Below are positions 1-11,180 of a stretch of DNA of 33,965 bases, one piece after another (position 1 is the stretch's first letter; the number at the start of each line of letters is the position of its first letter). The position numbers and the translations under genes were made by a program. Source of the DNA: Acaryochloridaceae cyanobacterium VAR_48_metabat_390 (GTDB lineage Bacteria > Cyanobacteriota > Cyanobacteriia > Thermosynechococcales > Thermosynechococcaceae); assembly GCA_031422435.1 (NCBI GenBank), contig JANPLU010000026.1, forward strand, positions 1 to 33,965, read 5' to 3'. The notes beneath the pieces are model-generated. The model ran no database searches. It had not been told where the DNA came from and saw nothing but the letters and a program-made list of their open reading frames with translations.

Positions 1-223
1 ACCAATAGGAAACTAGCGTCGCAATACTAGAAACGATGGCTGCGGTGATGCTTACCCAGGCAGAAATATTGAGCCACCAGGCCAGCAGAATAACGTTGCC
101 CACCCCAATATGAACCATCTTGCGAGAAACTTCACCGCCTAGGGGCGTAAACCGAGCGACCAGTTCTGCTGCCGCAAATACAACGCCCAGCCAAAGCCCG
201 ACCCCCAAGATTTGATATTCCAT
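1..223 (-). CDS. Partial (runs off window start) phytol kinase / dolichol-kinase-like membrane protein (VTE5/cytidylyltransferase family)
   Basis: Hand translation from ATG at 223: MEYQILGVGLWLGVVFAAAELVARFTPLGGEVSRKMVHIGVGNVILLAWWLNI...; the E-x-S-R-K-x-V-H-I-G motif is typical of this family; starts 5 bp after the ddl stop. Confidence 0.75.
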   Translation of the reverse strand, partial: MEYQILGVGLWLGVVFAAAELVARFTPLGGEVSRKMVHIGVGNVILLAWWLNISAWVSITAAIVSSIATLVSYW

Positions 224-228
224 CTTCG

Positions 229-1299
229 TTATGCTGCTTGAGTGCCTAAAGAATGACGCTCAAGCGCCAACTGAAGGATTTTATCGACTAAGTCTGGAAA
301 GGTAATCCCTGTGGCTGCCCACAGTTCTGGGTACATGCTGGTGGACGTGAACCCAGGGAGGGTATTAATTTCGTTTAAGAATACTTCCCCCGTTTGTTCA
401 ACGTAGAAAAAGTCTACCCGTGAAAGTCCAGCTCCATCGATTGCCTGAAAGGCTTGGATCGCCATCTCTTGAATGGTTTGCACAATGTTCTGCGGCAGAA
501 GTGCCGGAATCACCATCGCAGAGCGCCCCGTTGTATATTTTGTCTCGTAATCATAAAAGTCGCTGTCAAAGGTGATTTCGCCAATCACTGAGGCTTTGGG
601 ATGATCATTGCCCAATACCGCACATTCCACTTCGCGGGCAGCGGTAACGCCCGCCTCTACAATAATGCGACGCTCGTAGCTGGCGGCATTATCGAGGGCT
701 ACTTCTAGCTCAGCGCGCGATCGCACTTTAGAGATCCCTACGGATGACCCTAGGTTGGCGGGTTTGACAAAGCAAGGGTAGCCCAGCTCGGTTTCCAGGC
801 GATCGCAGAGCTTCGTAAACACGCAAGGGTCTGACCAAATCTGCGATCGCGTGACGCCCAGATACTTAACTTGCGGTAGCCCTGCGGCTGCAAATAGAGT
901 CTTCATGGCTATCTTATCCATTCCCCCTGCGGAGGCCAACACCCCAGACCCCACATAGGGCACCTGCATTAGCTGCAATAAGCCCTGAACCGTACCATCT
1001 TCTCCATTAGGGCCGTGGAGTATGGGAAACCAAACGTCAATGGTTGATGCCTCTGCCGGAAACTGCCAGCGATCTAAGGCGGTTTCTGCATCGAGTGGCT
1101 TGCCGTTAGTCAGGACAGCATGGGCGGTTTCTCCTGCAATCCAGCCGCCATTTTTCTGAATGTAGACTGGCACAAGGTCGTATTTATCAAAATTGGGTGT
1201 GGTCTGAAGCGCCCGGGCGATCGAGCCTGCGGAGACAATAGAAACTTCATGTTCTCCAGAACATCCGCCAAATAACAGCCCAACCCGATGTTTTGCCAC
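229..1299 (-). CDS. ddl: D-alanine--D-alanine ligase
   Basis: Motifs [58 protein letters not shown]; likely start GTG at 1299 after GGAG (ORF track extends to 1323). Confidence 0.95.
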   Translation of the reverse strand: MAKHRVGLLFGGCSGEHEVSIVSAGSIARALQTTPNFDKYDLVPVYIQKNGGWIAGETAHAVLTNGKPLDAETALDRWQFPAEASTIDVWFPILHGPNGEDGTVQGLLQLMQVPYVGSGVLASAGGMDKIAMKTLFAAAGLPQVKYLGVTRSQIWSDPCVFTKLCDRLETELGYPCFVKPANLGSSVGISKVRSRAELEVALDNAASYERRIIVEAGVTAAREVECAVLGNDHPKASVIGEITFDSDFYDYETKYTTGRSAMVIPALLPQNIVQTIQEMAIQAFQAIDGAGLSRVDFFYVEQTGEVFLNEINTLPGFTSTSMYPELWAATGITFPDLVDKILQLALERHSLGTQAA

Positions 1300-1383
1300 A
1301 GCTTTTCTCCGACCACGCTTCAAGATAGACTACCATACCAATCTTCTGAAACCGCCCTAGGAATGCATCTAAGGCGGAGATCG

Positions 1384-1809
1384 CTACTGCGGCATAAAAA
1401 TTCGCTCAAAGGGTTGTTTTCGGTAGCGTCGATAAATATCGAAGTCGCTATCTAATGTGGCTACTGCTGCAATATCTAGCCGCTCCGAAATTGCAATTAA
1501 ACTCAAATCCGCAAAGTCTCCTGGCAAGTCTGCGTATTGAGTATTCAGTTCAGCAATCCGAGTAAAGTCTTGTGGCAAAAGCGGAACACATTGGTAAAGC
1601 TCCTTCGCGAGATCTAATAAAAATTCATTTTGAGTTCGCCAATCAGAGCTGAGTAACCACATCACTTCTGTGACACAGCTATGAGTGGTGATGAGTTGAC
1701 TGGTGCAACATTCCAAAAAGCGGCAAACTTGCCCATGATAGTGATCCCTAGCGCTGTAATACGCAATCAAGATTCCGCTATCAATTAGGCTGAGCGGGGA
1801 ATAGGTCAT
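1384..1809 (-). CDS. vapC: PIN-domain ribonuclease toxin (VapC-like)
   Basis: Acidic PIN residues intact: LIDSG, VTEVMW, DFADLS, TLDSDF; 141 aa; 4-bp overlap with the upstream small gene. Confidence 0.88.
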   Translation of the reverse strand: MTYSPLSLIDSGILIAYYSARDHYHGQVCRFLECCTSQLITTHSCVTEVMWLLSSDWRTQNEFLLDLAKELYQCVPLLPQDFTRIAELNTQYADLPGDFADLSLIAISERLDIAAVATLDSDFDIYRRYRKQPFERIFMPQ

Positions 1810-2063
1810 GGGTGCCGTGGCTTCAGATAGTTGGCGATCGCCTGTTTGCGCGTTGAGCGTTCTGATAAGTCAGGCGGTGCATCTTGTAAAAGATTTTGAG
1901 GATGTCCACCCCGTCTTTCGACAAAGGTATTGTCTAAATTTAGGGCTAACCATCGTTCTCGAATCAGGCGCTTAACCAGTTCACTTCGGTTGACAGTCAC
2001 TTCGTGAGCGAGAATTTCAGCTAACTGTTGTTCTGTTTCAGGGTCTAGTCGAACGGTCAGCAT
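1806..2063 (-). CDS. Putative antitoxin, ribbon-helix-helix/CopG-like DNA-binding protein
   Basis: From ATG 2063: MLTVRLDPETEQQLAEILAHEVTVNRSELVKRLIRE (beta strand, helix, RSELV helix); translationally coupled to the PIN gene. Confidence 0.8.
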   Translation of the reverse strand: MLTVRLDPETEQQLAEILAHEVTVNRSELVKRLIRERWLALNLDNTFVERRGGHPQNLLQDAPPDLSERSTRKQAIANYLKPRHP

Positions 2064-2067
2064 AATA

Positions 2068-2092
2068 GTAATACTTGTATGACATGTACTAC
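2068..2092. promoter_or_regulatory. Putative toxin-antitoxin autoregulatory operator (three GTAnnAC units, 9-bp period)
   Basis: GTAATAC-tt-GTATGAC-at-GTACTAC immediately upstream of the antitoxin start. Confidence 0.5.
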
Positions 2093-2224
2093 TAGCATAA
2101 TGGATTCCTCCACTACACCTGTCGCCAGCCCTTGTATAAAGAATCAAAACGACTATTCTCCACTCTGCATAGGCTATCCGAAAATAGAGTTATAAGTTTT
2201 AGTTTCAAACGCTAGGTTGATGCC

Positions 2225-2842
2225 ATGCTGCTATCGCAGCTTAAACTCACCTCAGATCAAAAAATCGAGCATCGTATCTTGACCGCTGCGGAACACCTGT
2301 TTGCCGTCCAAGGGTATGAGCGCACCACCACCAAACAGCTTGCAGAATTGTCAAAGGTGGCTGAAGGCACGTTGTTTAGACATTTTGAAAGCAAAAAAAC
2401 CATACTTGCCGCCGTTATGAGTCGGGGGTGGGACGCGCTCTTAGACGATCTCATTGAAACCCTTTGTGAAGTATCCGATTGCCAAGACATGGTGAGTCTA
2501 TTGCGGCATCGGCTTCAGGATGTGCATCGTCATGCCGATCTCATTAAAGTTTGTTTACTGCAAACGCCCTTTCACCCTGAACTTTGTGAAGCCATTCAGC
2601 AGCAGCGACTGAAGCAGATGCTCGATATTTTAGAAGCCTACATCCAAACGGGGATTGACCGCGGCTGTTACCGACCGCTGAAGGCTGCTAGCGTTGCGCA
2701 GGTTTTACTCGTCATGTTTTTGGGAATGAGCTGGTTTGATAATCCGCTGCTTAATGCCCAAGATATTCCCCAAGCGGAAATCCAAATTTCTGAGACTTTA
2801 GCCGATATTTTGATGAATGGTCTACTGCTGCGGCATTCTTAG
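2225..2842 (+). CDS. TetR/AcrR family transcriptional regulator
   Basis: N-terminal HTH RILTAAEHLFAVQGYERTTTKQLAELSKVAEGTLFRHFESKK. Confidence 0.92.
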   Translation: MLLSQLKLTSDQKIEHRILTAAEHLFAVQGYERTTTKQLAELSKVAEGTLFRHFESKKTILAAVMSRGWDALLDDLIETLCEVSDCQDMVSLLRHRLQDVHRHADLIKVCLLQTPFHPELCEAIQQQRLKQMLDILEAYIQTGIDRGCYRPLKAASVAQVLLVMFLGMSWFDNPLLNAQDIPQAEIQISETLADILMNGLLLRHS

Positions 2843-2880
2843 CCGTTGATTTTCTAGCGCAGTGAGCAAAATAGCCCTTA

Positions 2881-2910
2881 ACAAAAACAGCGCTGGAACT
2901 TCAGCGCTGT
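2881..2910 (-). terminator. Intrinsic terminator of psaK (between convergent TetR and psaK)
   Basis: ACAGCGCTG-gaactt-CAGCGCTGT stem (2887-2910) preceded by an A-run on +, i.e. followed by a U-run on the - strand. Confidence 0.75.
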
Positions 2911-2945
2911 CAACTCAATAAAACGTTGGAAGCAGAACCTGTTCT

Positions 2946-3206
2946 CTAAAGCACACCCATATTGGTTAAACCCAAAATGGCACCTGCGCCCAAAATGTGA
3001 CCGAAAGCCGTTGTGCCTAATACGGCACCCAGGCCAAATCCGCCAAACATAGGAGAGGCAGGCATGGCTGCACCTGTACTTTGGTTTTTGATGGTCAGCT
3101 TACCAAAGGCGATCGCAATCACGTTTGCAATCACCATCACAATGGCAACTTTAGGACTCCAATCTGCGGCTCTGACGGCAACTGCGAGTAGTGTGGGGGT
3201 AAACAA
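2946..3206 (-). CDS. psaK: Photosystem I reaction centre subunit PsaK
   Basis: 86 aa, WSPKVAIVMV ... LGTTAFGHILGAGAILGLTNMG; TTG start with AGGAG RBS. Confidence 0.92.
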   Translation of the reverse strand: MFTPTLLAVAVRAADWSPKVAIVMVIANVIAIAFGKLTIKNQSTGAAMPASPMFGGFGLGAVLGTTAFGHILGAGAILGLTNMGVL

Positions 3207-3484
3207 AGGTTTTCTCCTTGTGCGCTTGGTGAACGTTTTGGATTCTAGCTGTTTTATTTATCAGAGAATGCAGCCCTAAGTGCCAAAGCTGCATCAATAG
3301 TTAACGAATTTAGAGGAAAGTCTTGGGGCCGCTCAATTCGGCTTTTAAGATTCTAATCTCTTCATAAAGCCCTAAAAAGCTTATTCAACCGCATTAAATG
3401 CCCCAGTAGGGGATTGTTTCGCAGAGGGAGAAATGCTCTAATGACATTTCCTTGCTCGTCTGGACAGGATACAAAGTGTTTTTA

Positions 3485-4549
3485 ATGAAATCTTTTGTCT
3501 ACCTATCTTTGCTCGCCCTAGCCTTAGCCGCCTGTCGCGCTACCCCCAACAATACGGTAGGTTCTTCCAATCCCACAGTGAGTATGGTTCCTACCCAAAC
3601 GGCAAATTCACAAAAGCCCCTGGTTGTCACCACCGTTGCCCCCCTGACAAATATTGTGAGCAACATTGCGGGCGATCGCATCGACGTTAAAGGCATCATC
3701 CCAGAAGGCACAGACTCACACACCTTTGAGCCGCGCCCCTCCGACACTGACATTCTCTCTAAGGCCAATCTCATTCTCGTGAATGGCCTAAACCTAGAAG
3801 TACCAACGGAAAAACTAGCCAACGCCACTAAGCCCAAAAACACCGAGATTTTTGAGATGGGTGGCAATACCATCACTCAAGATCAGTGGATGTTTGACTT
3901 CAGCTTTCCCAAAGAAAAAGGCGACCCCAATCCTCACCTATGGGTCAACCCCAAGTATGCAGAAGCCTACGCCAAACTTGCAGCCCAGCAGCTCAGCATC
4001 CTCGACCCGGCAGGTAAAGCCTACTACGAAGCAAACCTCAAAAAGTATATGCAGCGGCTAGAAGATCTCGACAACGTGACGCGTGAAGTCGTCGCCAGCA
4101 TTCCGCTAGAGAACCGTAAGCTTTTGACCTACCACGACTCTTGGGCTTATTGGGCGAGAGAATATGGGTTTCAGGTCATCGGTGCCATCCAGCCTTCTAG
4201 CTTCAAAGAACCTTCGGCTCAAGACGTGGCAAAACTCATTGACCAAATCAAGAAGGCTAAAGTCCCCGCCATCTTCGGTTCCGAAGTTTATCCCAGCAAA
4301 GTAGAAGAACAAATTGCGTTAGAGGCTAAAGTGAAGACGGCAAATACCGCCGATGACGAGCTGCCGGGGGACGGAGGCTCGGCAAATGCATTAGAAAACA
4401 CAAACCCGCAGCACACTTACATTGGGATGATGGCGAATAATTTACGCATTATCTCTATTGGGTTAGGCGGCAACCCCAAGCTTGTTGATAAACTCGTAAC
4501 TGCGAACGTGGTTGGACCCACTGCCATCGCTACAAAATCTGCCAAATAG
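3485..4549 (+). CDS. Zn/Mn ABC transporter substrate-binding lipoprotein (cluster A-I, ZnuA/TroA-like)
   Basis: Lipobox LAAC; DSHTFEP, NPHLW, YHDSW metal-ligand motifs; EPSAQD; likely start ATG 3485. Confidence 0.9.
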   Translation: MKSFVYLSLLALALAACRATPNNTVGSSNPTVSMVPTQTANSQKPLVVTTVAPLTNIVSNIAGDRIDVKGIIPEGTDSHTFEPRPSDTDILSKANLILVNGLNLEVPTEKLANATKPKNTEIFEMGGNTITQDQWMFDFSFPKEKGDPNPHLWVNPKYAEAYAKLAAQQLSILDPAGKAYYEANLKKYMQRLEDLDNVTREVVASIPLENRKLLTYHDSWAYWAREYGFQVIGAIQPSSFKEPSAQDVAKLIDQIKKAKVPAIFGSEVYPSKVEEQIALEAKVKTANTADDELPGDGGSANALENTNPQHTYIGMMANNLRIISIGLGGNPKLVDKLVTANVVGPTAIATKSAK

Positions 4550-4587
4550 TCATTAGGATAGTTTCCAAGATAGTCACCAGGTATTGA

Positions 4588-5421
4588 ATGGAAGCGCTGT
4601 TAGAAGTCAAGAACCTGACCTGTGGTTATCAAAGCGACCCTGTTTTTACAGGCGTAAACTTAGCACTTTACCCTGGCCAGCTCTCTGGGCTAGTTGGGCC
4701 TTCTGGCTGCGGCAAAAGCACTTTAATTAGAGCGATGCTGGGTCTTGTTCATCCTTGGCAAGGCGAAATTATCGCTCAGGGTAAACGTTTAAAATTGGGC
4801 ACCTCTCCCCCGAAGGTGGGCTATGTGCCTCAGGTTGAAACCGTGGACTGGAATTTCCCCGTTACCGCCGAAGAAGTGGTAATGATGGGCCGCTACGGAC
4901 ATCATAAATTCTCGCCTTGGTCGTCAAGGCGCGATCGCCTAGTCGCCAGAGAGTTACTTGATCGCGTAGGGATTGCTCACGTTGCCCATCAGCCCATTGG
5001 AGACTTATCCGGTGGACAGCAGCAGCGGGTCTTTCTCGCCCGTGCCCTCGTGGGAGAACCCGACCTCGTCCTCTTAGATGAGCCGACCAGCGGTTCTGAC
5101 CTGCACGTTCAGCACGAGCTGCTGCACTTATTGGCAGAACTCAGTCAGCAAGGGTTATCCATTTTACTCTCAACCCACGATCTCAACTCGGTTGCAACGC
5201 ACCTCCCTTGGGTGGTGTGCTTTAACCACGGCTTAGTGTGTCAGGGAGAACCCGCCGAGGTCTTTACGCCAGCAATCCTACGGCAAACCTTTGGCGCTGA
5301 GATGCTGGTGCTGCGCCAAGCAGAGCGAATTCTGATCTCCAGTGATGCAACAACCCTGCTCCATGAGCTGAAGAACAACCTACCCCAGGCACTTCGTCCA
5401 AATCGCTCTAAGTCTGCATAG
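4588..5421 (+). CDS. Zn/Mn ABC transporter ATP-binding subunit
   Basis: Walker A GPSGCGKST, GYVPQ, signature LSGGQQQRV, Walker B LLDEP, STHD. Confidence 0.92.
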   Translation: MEALLEVKNLTCGYQSDPVFTGVNLALYPGQLSGLVGPSGCGKSTLIRAMLGLVHPWQGEIIAQGKRLKLGTSPPKVGYVPQVETVDWNFPVTAEEVVMMGRYGHHKFSPWSSRRDRLVARELLDRVGIAHVAHQPIGDLSGGQQQRVFLARALVGEPDLVLLDEPTSGSDLHVQHELLHLLAELSQQGLSILLSTHDLNSVATHLPWVVCFNHGLVCQGEPAEVFTPAILRQTFGAEMLVLRQAERILISSDATTLLHELKNNLPQALRPNRSKSA

Positions 5422-5425
5422 CCCT

Positions 5426-6283
5426 ATGGATTTTTTGCTCAAACCTTTTCAATACGACTTCTTTTGTCGTGCCATGATGGTCGGGATCATGGTTGGGCTG
5501 CTCTGCGGCGTAATGGGCGTTTATATCACCACGCGTCGTATGAGCTACATTGCTCACGGTCTTTCCCACGCGATTTTGGGAGGCGCGGTCATCACCTACG
5601 TCCTTGGGCTGAATTTCTACGTCGGCTCGGGAATTTGGGGATTTGGTGCCGCGCTCTTAATTCAATATTTGACGGGTCGAAAGATTTATTCTGATGCGGC
5701 GATCGGCATCGTGACCACAGCTAGTTTTGCGTTAGGCGTTGCCATTATCAGCAGCTATCGTAAGTTCAGTCAAAACTTTGAAGCAGCTCTATTTGGCAAT
5801 GTTTTAGGCGTTTCTCCCACGGATCTCTGGGTTGTTACGGGTGTGACGATTGTTTTATTGGGGCTAGTATTTATCTTTTACCGTCCCCTGCTGTTTTGGT
5901 GCTTTGATCGAGAAGTTGCTCAGGTTCAGGGCGTTCCTGTTTTCGCCATGGATACGCTATTTGCACTGATGTTAGCAACGCTACTGGTTGCAACGCTACA
6001 GGTACTGGGCGTAACGCTGATCATTTCAGCCGTGGTCATTCCAGCTTCGATCGCGCGTCTGCTCAGTAATCACTTCGGTCACATGATGATGATTTCTGGC
6101 CTGCTCGGTGCAGCGATATCCTTTGCGGGAATCTATTTGAGCTATTACTTGGATATTGCATCAGGCGCGAGCGTTGTCTTACTTTCAACTTTAATCTTTG
6201 GGCTTGTGCTGATTTGGACAAGACTTCAGCGCCGTCGTAAGCGCCATGTTCCATCTCTACATCCAGGCCATCTCCCATCGTAA
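5426..6283 (+). CDS. Zn/Mn ABC transporter permease (ABC-3 family)
   Basis: Multi-TM; RRMSYIAHGLSHAILGG, DAAIGI, ALFGNVLGV motifs; operonic with the two preceding genes. Confidence 0.92.
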   Translation: MDFLLKPFQYDFFCRAMMVGIMVGLLCGVMGVYITTRRMSYIAHGLSHAILGGAVITYVLGLNFYVGSGIWGFGAALLIQYLTGRKIYSDAAIGIVTTASFALGVAIISSYRKFSQNFEAALFGNVLGVSPTDLWVVTGVTIVLLGLVFIFYRPLLFWCFDREVAQVQGVPVFAMDTLFALMLATLLVATLQVLGVTLIISAVVIPASIARLLSNHFGHMMMISGLLGAAISFAGIYLSYYLDIASGASVVLLSTLIFGLVLIWTRLQRRRKRHVPSLHPGHLPS

Positions 6284-6489
6284 AATTTTTGATTTCGGTG
6301 GTGCGTCCCCTTACTCTCATGACTTTGAAGGAGAGTTTTGCGTTACGATATAAGCCCTGACAGCACTGCTAAGCCTTGCTCTCAGGGCAAGCATACCTTT
6401 TGCGGTTCAGTCACCGTTGTGACAGCGACGCTTAATCTTTGCTGATAATCTAAAAAGTCTTATTCACTTAGGTCATGATGCATTGCGCT

Positions 6490-9400
6490 ATGGAGAATCT
6501 CAACGTTAAGGCCGATCAACAAGATGTCCAAAAGCAGCCAAAAGATGTGGGCTATGGCGGTCAGCCTTGGCTGGTAGAAGAGCGCGATGCTTGCGGCGTG
6601 GGCTTTATTGCCCATCAGCACGGTGAGGCTTCTCACAATATTATTCAAAAAGCGCTGTTTGGCTTAACGTGTGTAGAGCATCGGGGCGGCTGTAGCGCAG
6701 ACCAAGACTCAGGCGATGGGGCAGGCATTATGACAGCGCTGCCCTGGCCTTTATTTTTGCAGTGGTTTGCAGCGCAGGGCAAGACCGAGCCAAACCCTGC
6801 CCAAACGGGTGTGGGAATGGTCTTTTTGCCAGCAGATCCGGCAGCGGCAGCGCAGTGTCGGCAGATTGCAGCGGCGATCGCCCAAGAAGAGCATCTGTCT
6901 GTCCTGGGTTGGCGAGAGGTGCCCGTTTATCCTGAGTGCCTGGGTCGCCAAGCTAAGGAAAATCAGCCTCAGATTGAGCAGCTTTTTTTGGCAGACAGTG
7001 GAGACAGCGCAACCGATCAGCAGTCTTTAGAGCAACATCTATACCTGGTGCGCAAGCGCATCGAAAAAGCGGTCAATGAAACAGCAGAACCTTGGGCAAA
7101 GGACTTTTACTTTTGCTCTCTCTCCAGCCGCACCATTATCTATAAGGGCATGGTGCGCTCTGCTGTACTGGGTGAGTTTTACCTAGATCTGCAAAACCCT
7201 GAGTACGTCAGCGTTTTTGCCCTGTATCACCGTCGCTTCAGCACAAATACCTTGCCCAAGTGGCCTTTGGCGCAGCCCATGCGCTTTTTGGGTCACAACG
7301 GCGAAATCAACACCCTGCTGGGCAACGTGAACTGGATGGTGGCGCGTCAGGCAACTCTCAGCAGCGCAAGCTGGGGCGATCGCATTGAAGACCTCAAGCC
7401 TGTGGTCAACGCCAACAACAGCGACTCGGCCAATCTCGATAACGCGATGGAGCTATTGGTGCAGTCGGGGCGTACACCCATGGCAGCACTCATGATGCTG
7501 GTGCCAGAAGCCTACCAAAACCAGCCAGATCTAGCAGATCACCCTGAAATTGTAGATTTTTACGAATACTACAGCGGACTCCAAGAAGGTTGGGATGGCC
7601 CCGCCCTGATTGCTTTTAGTGATGGCAAGGTGGTAGGCGCAACCCTGGACCGGAATGGTCTGCGCCCAGCACGGTACTGCACCACCAAGGATGGATTTGT
7701 AATTGTCGCGTCCGAAGCAGGCAGCATTCCCGTTGATGAGGCAAGCATTGTGACCAAGGGTCGTCTGGGGCCAGGACAAATGATTGCGGTGCATCTAGAG
7801 CGCCATGAGGTGCTGACGAACTGGCAACTCAAAGAGCGCGTCTCTAACCAGCATCCCTACGGGGAATGGCTAAAACAGTATCGGGTCAATTTGCCCGAAA
7901 AGCCATTTTTGGCTGAACCTGTGTTAGAAACCGCTGACTATATGCGGCAGCAGGTGGCCTTTGGCTACTCCACAGAAGACGTGGAAATGGTCATTCAGGC
8001 CATGGCTCAAGACGGCAAAGAACCCACCTTCTGCATGGGGGATGATATTCCGCTGGCGGTGCTGTCGGCGCGTCCCCATGTTTTGTACGACTACTTTAAG
8101 CAGCGTTTTGCGCAAGTCACCAATCCGGCGATCGATCCGCTGCGCGAAAAGCTCGTCATGTCTCTCTCGATGTCCTTAGGGCGACGGGGCAACCTGTTAG
8201 ACCGTCAGCCAGAATCAGCGCAATTACTAAAGCTAGAGTCTCCGGTTCTCAATGATGGGGAACTGGACTTTGTCCGTGCCTCTGCGTTTGGGGCAGCCAC
8301 CCTTTCAACGTTTTTTGCGGTTGCCGATGGGCCTGGTGGTCTGCGACTGGCGGTTGAGCGCCTGTGTGAAGCTGCCGATGCAGCCGTGCGAGCCGGAGCC
8401 GCGATTTTAATTCTGAGCGATCGCACCAACGCCTCCGGTCAGCCTGCAATTTTGACCGATGAAATCAGCTACATTCCGCCGCTGCTGGCGGTGGGCGCCG
8501 TGCATCATCACCTGATCCGGCAGGGTCTGCGGATGCAGGCATCGCTGGTTGTGGATACGGCTCAGTGCTGGAGTACCCATCACTTTGCCTGTTTAATTGG
8601 CTATGGTGCTAGTGCCGTGTGCCCACACCTTGCCCTAGAATCTGTCCGGCACTGGTGGGCAGATGATCGCACCCAAAAGCTAATGGAGCGCGGCAAAATC
8701 ACCAAAATGCCCGTAGAGGCCGCGCAGCACAACTTCCGTAAGGCCGTAGAAGCAGGACTTCTCAAGATTCTGTCCAAAATGGGTATCTCGCTGCTTTCTA
8801 GCTACCAGGGCGCTCAGATTTTTGAGGCCATCGGCATTGGTTCAGAGCTGCTGCATCTGGCGTTTCACGGCACAGCGTCCCGTTTGGGTGGCTTAACGTG
8901 CAGCGAACTTGCCCAAGAGATCATGGCGTTCCACCAGCGGGCGTTTCCTGAACTGAATCTTAAAAAGCTTGAAAACTTTGGGTTTGTGCAGTACCGTCCC
9001 GGCGGCGAGTACCACATGAACAACCCTGAAGTGGCTAAAGCGCTGCACAAGGCCGTTGCGGTGAAGCAGTACGACCACTACGAGTTTTACAAAAACCTGC
9101 TCCAGAACCGTCCCGTCACGGCAATGCGAGATCTGCTGGAGTTTGAAGGCGATCGCCCGTCAATCCCCCTCGAAGAAGTCGAGTCTGTCGAGTCCATCAT
9201 GCAGCGTTTCTGCACGGGCGGCATGTCTTTGGGTGCGCTTTCGCGGGAAGCCCATGAGATTTTGGCGATCGCCATGAACCGCATTGGCGGCAAGTCTAAC
9301 TCTGGCGAAGGTGGAGAAGACCCCGTGCGCTATGAAGTGCTAGATGACGTAGACGCTGAAGGACGGTCTGCGCTGCTGCCCCACCTAAAGGGTTTACGCA

Positions 9401-11160
9401 AGGGCGATACGGCAAACTCTTCCATCAAGCAAATTGCCTCGGGTCGTTTTGGGGTAACGCCCAAATACTTGGTGAGCGCCAAGCAGCTTGAGATTAAGGT
9501 AGCCCAGGGCGCAAAGCCAGGGGAAGGCGGTCAGCTTCCTGGCAAAAAAGTGAGTCCTTACATTGCGTCTCTGCGGCGCTCGAAGCCAGGGGTGACGCTT
9601 ATTTCTCCACCGCCCCACCACGATATTTACTCTATTGAAGATCTCGCGCAACTCATCTTTGATCTGCATCAAATCAACCCTCAGGCTCAGGTTTCCGTCA
9701 AGCTGGTGGCGGAGGTGGGTATTGGCACCATTGCCGCAGGCGTGGCAAAAGCTAACGCAGACATCATCCAAATTTCGGGGCATGACGGCGGTACGGGCGC
9801 TTCCCCGCTCAGCTCGATCAAGCACGCGGGTAGCCCTTGGGAGCTGGGGCTAACCGAAGTGCATCGCGTTTTGATGGAGAACCAACTGCGGGATCGCGTG
9901 ATGCTGCGCGTTGATGGCGGACTCAAGACGGGCTGGGACGTTTTGATGGCCGCGCTCATGGGCGCAGAAGAATATGGCTTCGGCTCGATCGCCATGATTT
10001 CTGAGGGCTGTATTATGGCGCGGATCTGCCACACCAATAACTGCCCCGTGGGTGTTGCCACGCAGCAGGAGAATCTACGGCTTCGCTTTACGGGCCTCCC
10101 CGAGCATGTCGTCAACTTCTTTGCCTATGTTGCCGAAGAAGTGCGTTCTTTACTCGCAAAGTTGGGCTATCACTCCCTCTCAGAAATCACGGGTCGCGCC
10201 GATCTGCTGAAGGTGCGCACTGACGTACAGGCTTCTAAAACCGCTGCGCTTTCTTTAGACTGCCTCACGCAGCTACCCGATACCCGCACCGATCGCGCTT
10301 GGCTGAACCATGCAACGGTTCATAGCAATGGCCCTGTGCTAGACGATGAGCTGTTAGCGGATGCCAGCATTCAGCTTGCCATTCACACTCAGTCTCAGGC
10401 CGACAAGACTTACCCCATTGTGAACACCGATCGCACCGTAGGGACGCGGATCTCGGGGGCGATCGCCAAGAAATATGGCGACACTGGGTTTAAGGGGCAC
10501 ATCACCCTCAACTTTAAGGGCAGTGCAGGCCAAAGCTTTGGCGCATTTATTCTGCCAGGGATGACCCTTAACCTGACGGGGGAAGCCAATGACTACGTGG
10601 GTAAAGGCATCCACGGCGGTGAAATTAATATTAAACCTGCGCCAGAAGCTACCTTTAAGGCGGCAGATAACGTCATCATTGGCAACACCTGTCTCTATGG
10701 CGCAACGGGCGGCTCACTCTTCGCCAACGGCAGAGCGGGGGAACGCTTTGCGGTACGGAACTCCAAAGCCAACGCCGTCATTGAAGGTGCTGGCGATCAC
10801 TGCTGTGAGTATATGACGGGTGGCGTTATTGTGGTTCTAGGGCCAACGGGGCGTAACGTGGGCGCGGGGATGACGGGTGGGTTAGCCTACTTCTTAGATG
10901 AAGAAGGAAGTTTCCCGACCAAGGTGAATCCTGAAATTGTGCAGATTCAGCGGGTGATTACCAAAGCGGGTGAGCAGCAGCTTAAGGATCTGATTGTGGC
11001 TCATCATGAGCGGACGGGCAGCGCTAAAGCCAAAGAAATTCTGGAAGACTGGTCAAGCCATCTGCCTAAGTTCTGGCAGGTGGTGCCGCCTTCAGAAGCC
11101 GATCAGCCGGAGGCAAACTTACCGGTGGAGGCAGGTAAGGTTTTAACTACTACGCCTTAA
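6490..11160 (+). CDS. glsF: Ferredoxin-dependent glutamate synthase (Fd-GOGAT)
   Basis: [10 protein letters not shown]-terminal nucleophile Cys, [44 protein letters not shown] 3Fe-4S motif; no gltD adjacent; start 6475/6478/6490 uncertain. Confidence 0.95.
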   Translation: MENLNVKADQQDVQKQPKDVGYGGQPWLVEERDACGVGFIAHQHGEASHNIIQKALFGLTCVEHRGGCSADQDSGDGAGIMTALPWPLFLQWFAAQGKTEPNPAQTGVGMVFLPADPAAAAQCRQIAAAIAQEEHLSVLGWREVPVYPECLGRQAKENQPQIEQLFLADSGDSATDQQSLEQHLYLVRKRIEKAVNETAEPWAKDFYFCSLSSRTIIYKGMVRSAVLGEFYLDLQNPEYVSVFALYHRRFSTNTLPKWPLAQPMRFLGHNGEINTLLGNVNWMVARQATLSSASWGDRIEDLKPVVNANNSDSANLDNAMELLVQSGRTPMAALMMLVPEAYQNQPDLADHPEIVDFYEYYSGLQEGWDGPALIAFSDGKVVGATLDRNGLRPARYCTTKDGFVIVASEAGSIPVDEASIVTKGRLGPGQMIAVHLERHEVLTNWQLKERVSNQHPYGEWLKQYRVNLPEKPFLAEPVLETADYMRQQVAFGYSTEDVEMVIQAMAQDGKEPTFCMGDDIPLAVLSARPHVLYDYFKQRFAQVTNPAIDPLREKLVMSLSMSLGRRGNLLDRQPESAQLLKLESPVLNDGELDFVRASAFGAATLSTFFAVADGPGGLRLAVERLCEAADAAVRAGAAILILSDRTNASGQPAILTDEISYIPPLLAVGAVHHHLIRQGLRMQASLVVDTAQCWSTHHFACLIGYGASAVCPHLALESVRHWWADDRTQKLMERGKITKMPVEAAQHNFRKAVEAGLLKILSKMGISLLSSYQGAQIFEAIGIGSELLHLAFHGTASRLGGLTCSELAQEIMAFHQRAFPELNLKKLENFGFVQYRPGGEYHMNNPEVAKALHKAVAVKQYDHYEFYKNLLQNRPVTAMRDLLEFEGDRPSIPLEEVESVESIMQRFCTGGMSLGALSREAHEILAIAMNRIGGKSNSGEGGEDPVRYEVLDDVDAEGRSALLPHLKGLRKGDTANSSIKQIASGRFGVTPKYLVSAKQLEIKVAQGAKPGEGGQLPGKKVSPYIASLRRSKPGVTLISPPPHHDIYSIEDLAQLIFDLHQINPQAQVSVKLVAEVGIGTIAAGVAKANADIIQISGHDGGTGASPLSSIKHAGSPWELGLTEVHRVLMENQLRDRVMLRVDGGLKTGWDVLMAALMGAEEYGFGSIAMISEGCIMARICHTNNCPVGVATQQENLRLRFTGLPEHVVNFFAYVAEEVRSLLAKLGYHSLSEITGRADLLKVRTDVQASKTAALSLDCLTQLPDTRTDRAWLNHATVHSNGPVLDDELLADASIQLAIHTQSQADKTYPIVNTDRTVGTRISGAIAKKYGDTGFKGHITLNFKGSAGQSFGAFILPGMTLNLTGEANDYVGKGIHGGEINIKPAPEATFKAADNVIIGNTCLYGATGGSLFANGRAGERFAVRNSKANAVIEGAGDHCCEYMTGGVIVVLGPTGRNVGAGMTGGLAYFLDEEGSFPTKVNPEIVQIQRVITKAGEQQLKDLIVAHHERTGSAKAKEILEDWSSHLPKFWQVVPPSEADQPEANLPVEAGKVLTTTP

Positions 11161-11180
11161 TGATTTTTCGTTCGGGAAAT

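Noticed and set aside
6751..10816. Many short antisense or alternate-frame ORFs within glsF and other long genes
   Set aside because: Shadow ORFs of conserved genes with no recognisable motifs
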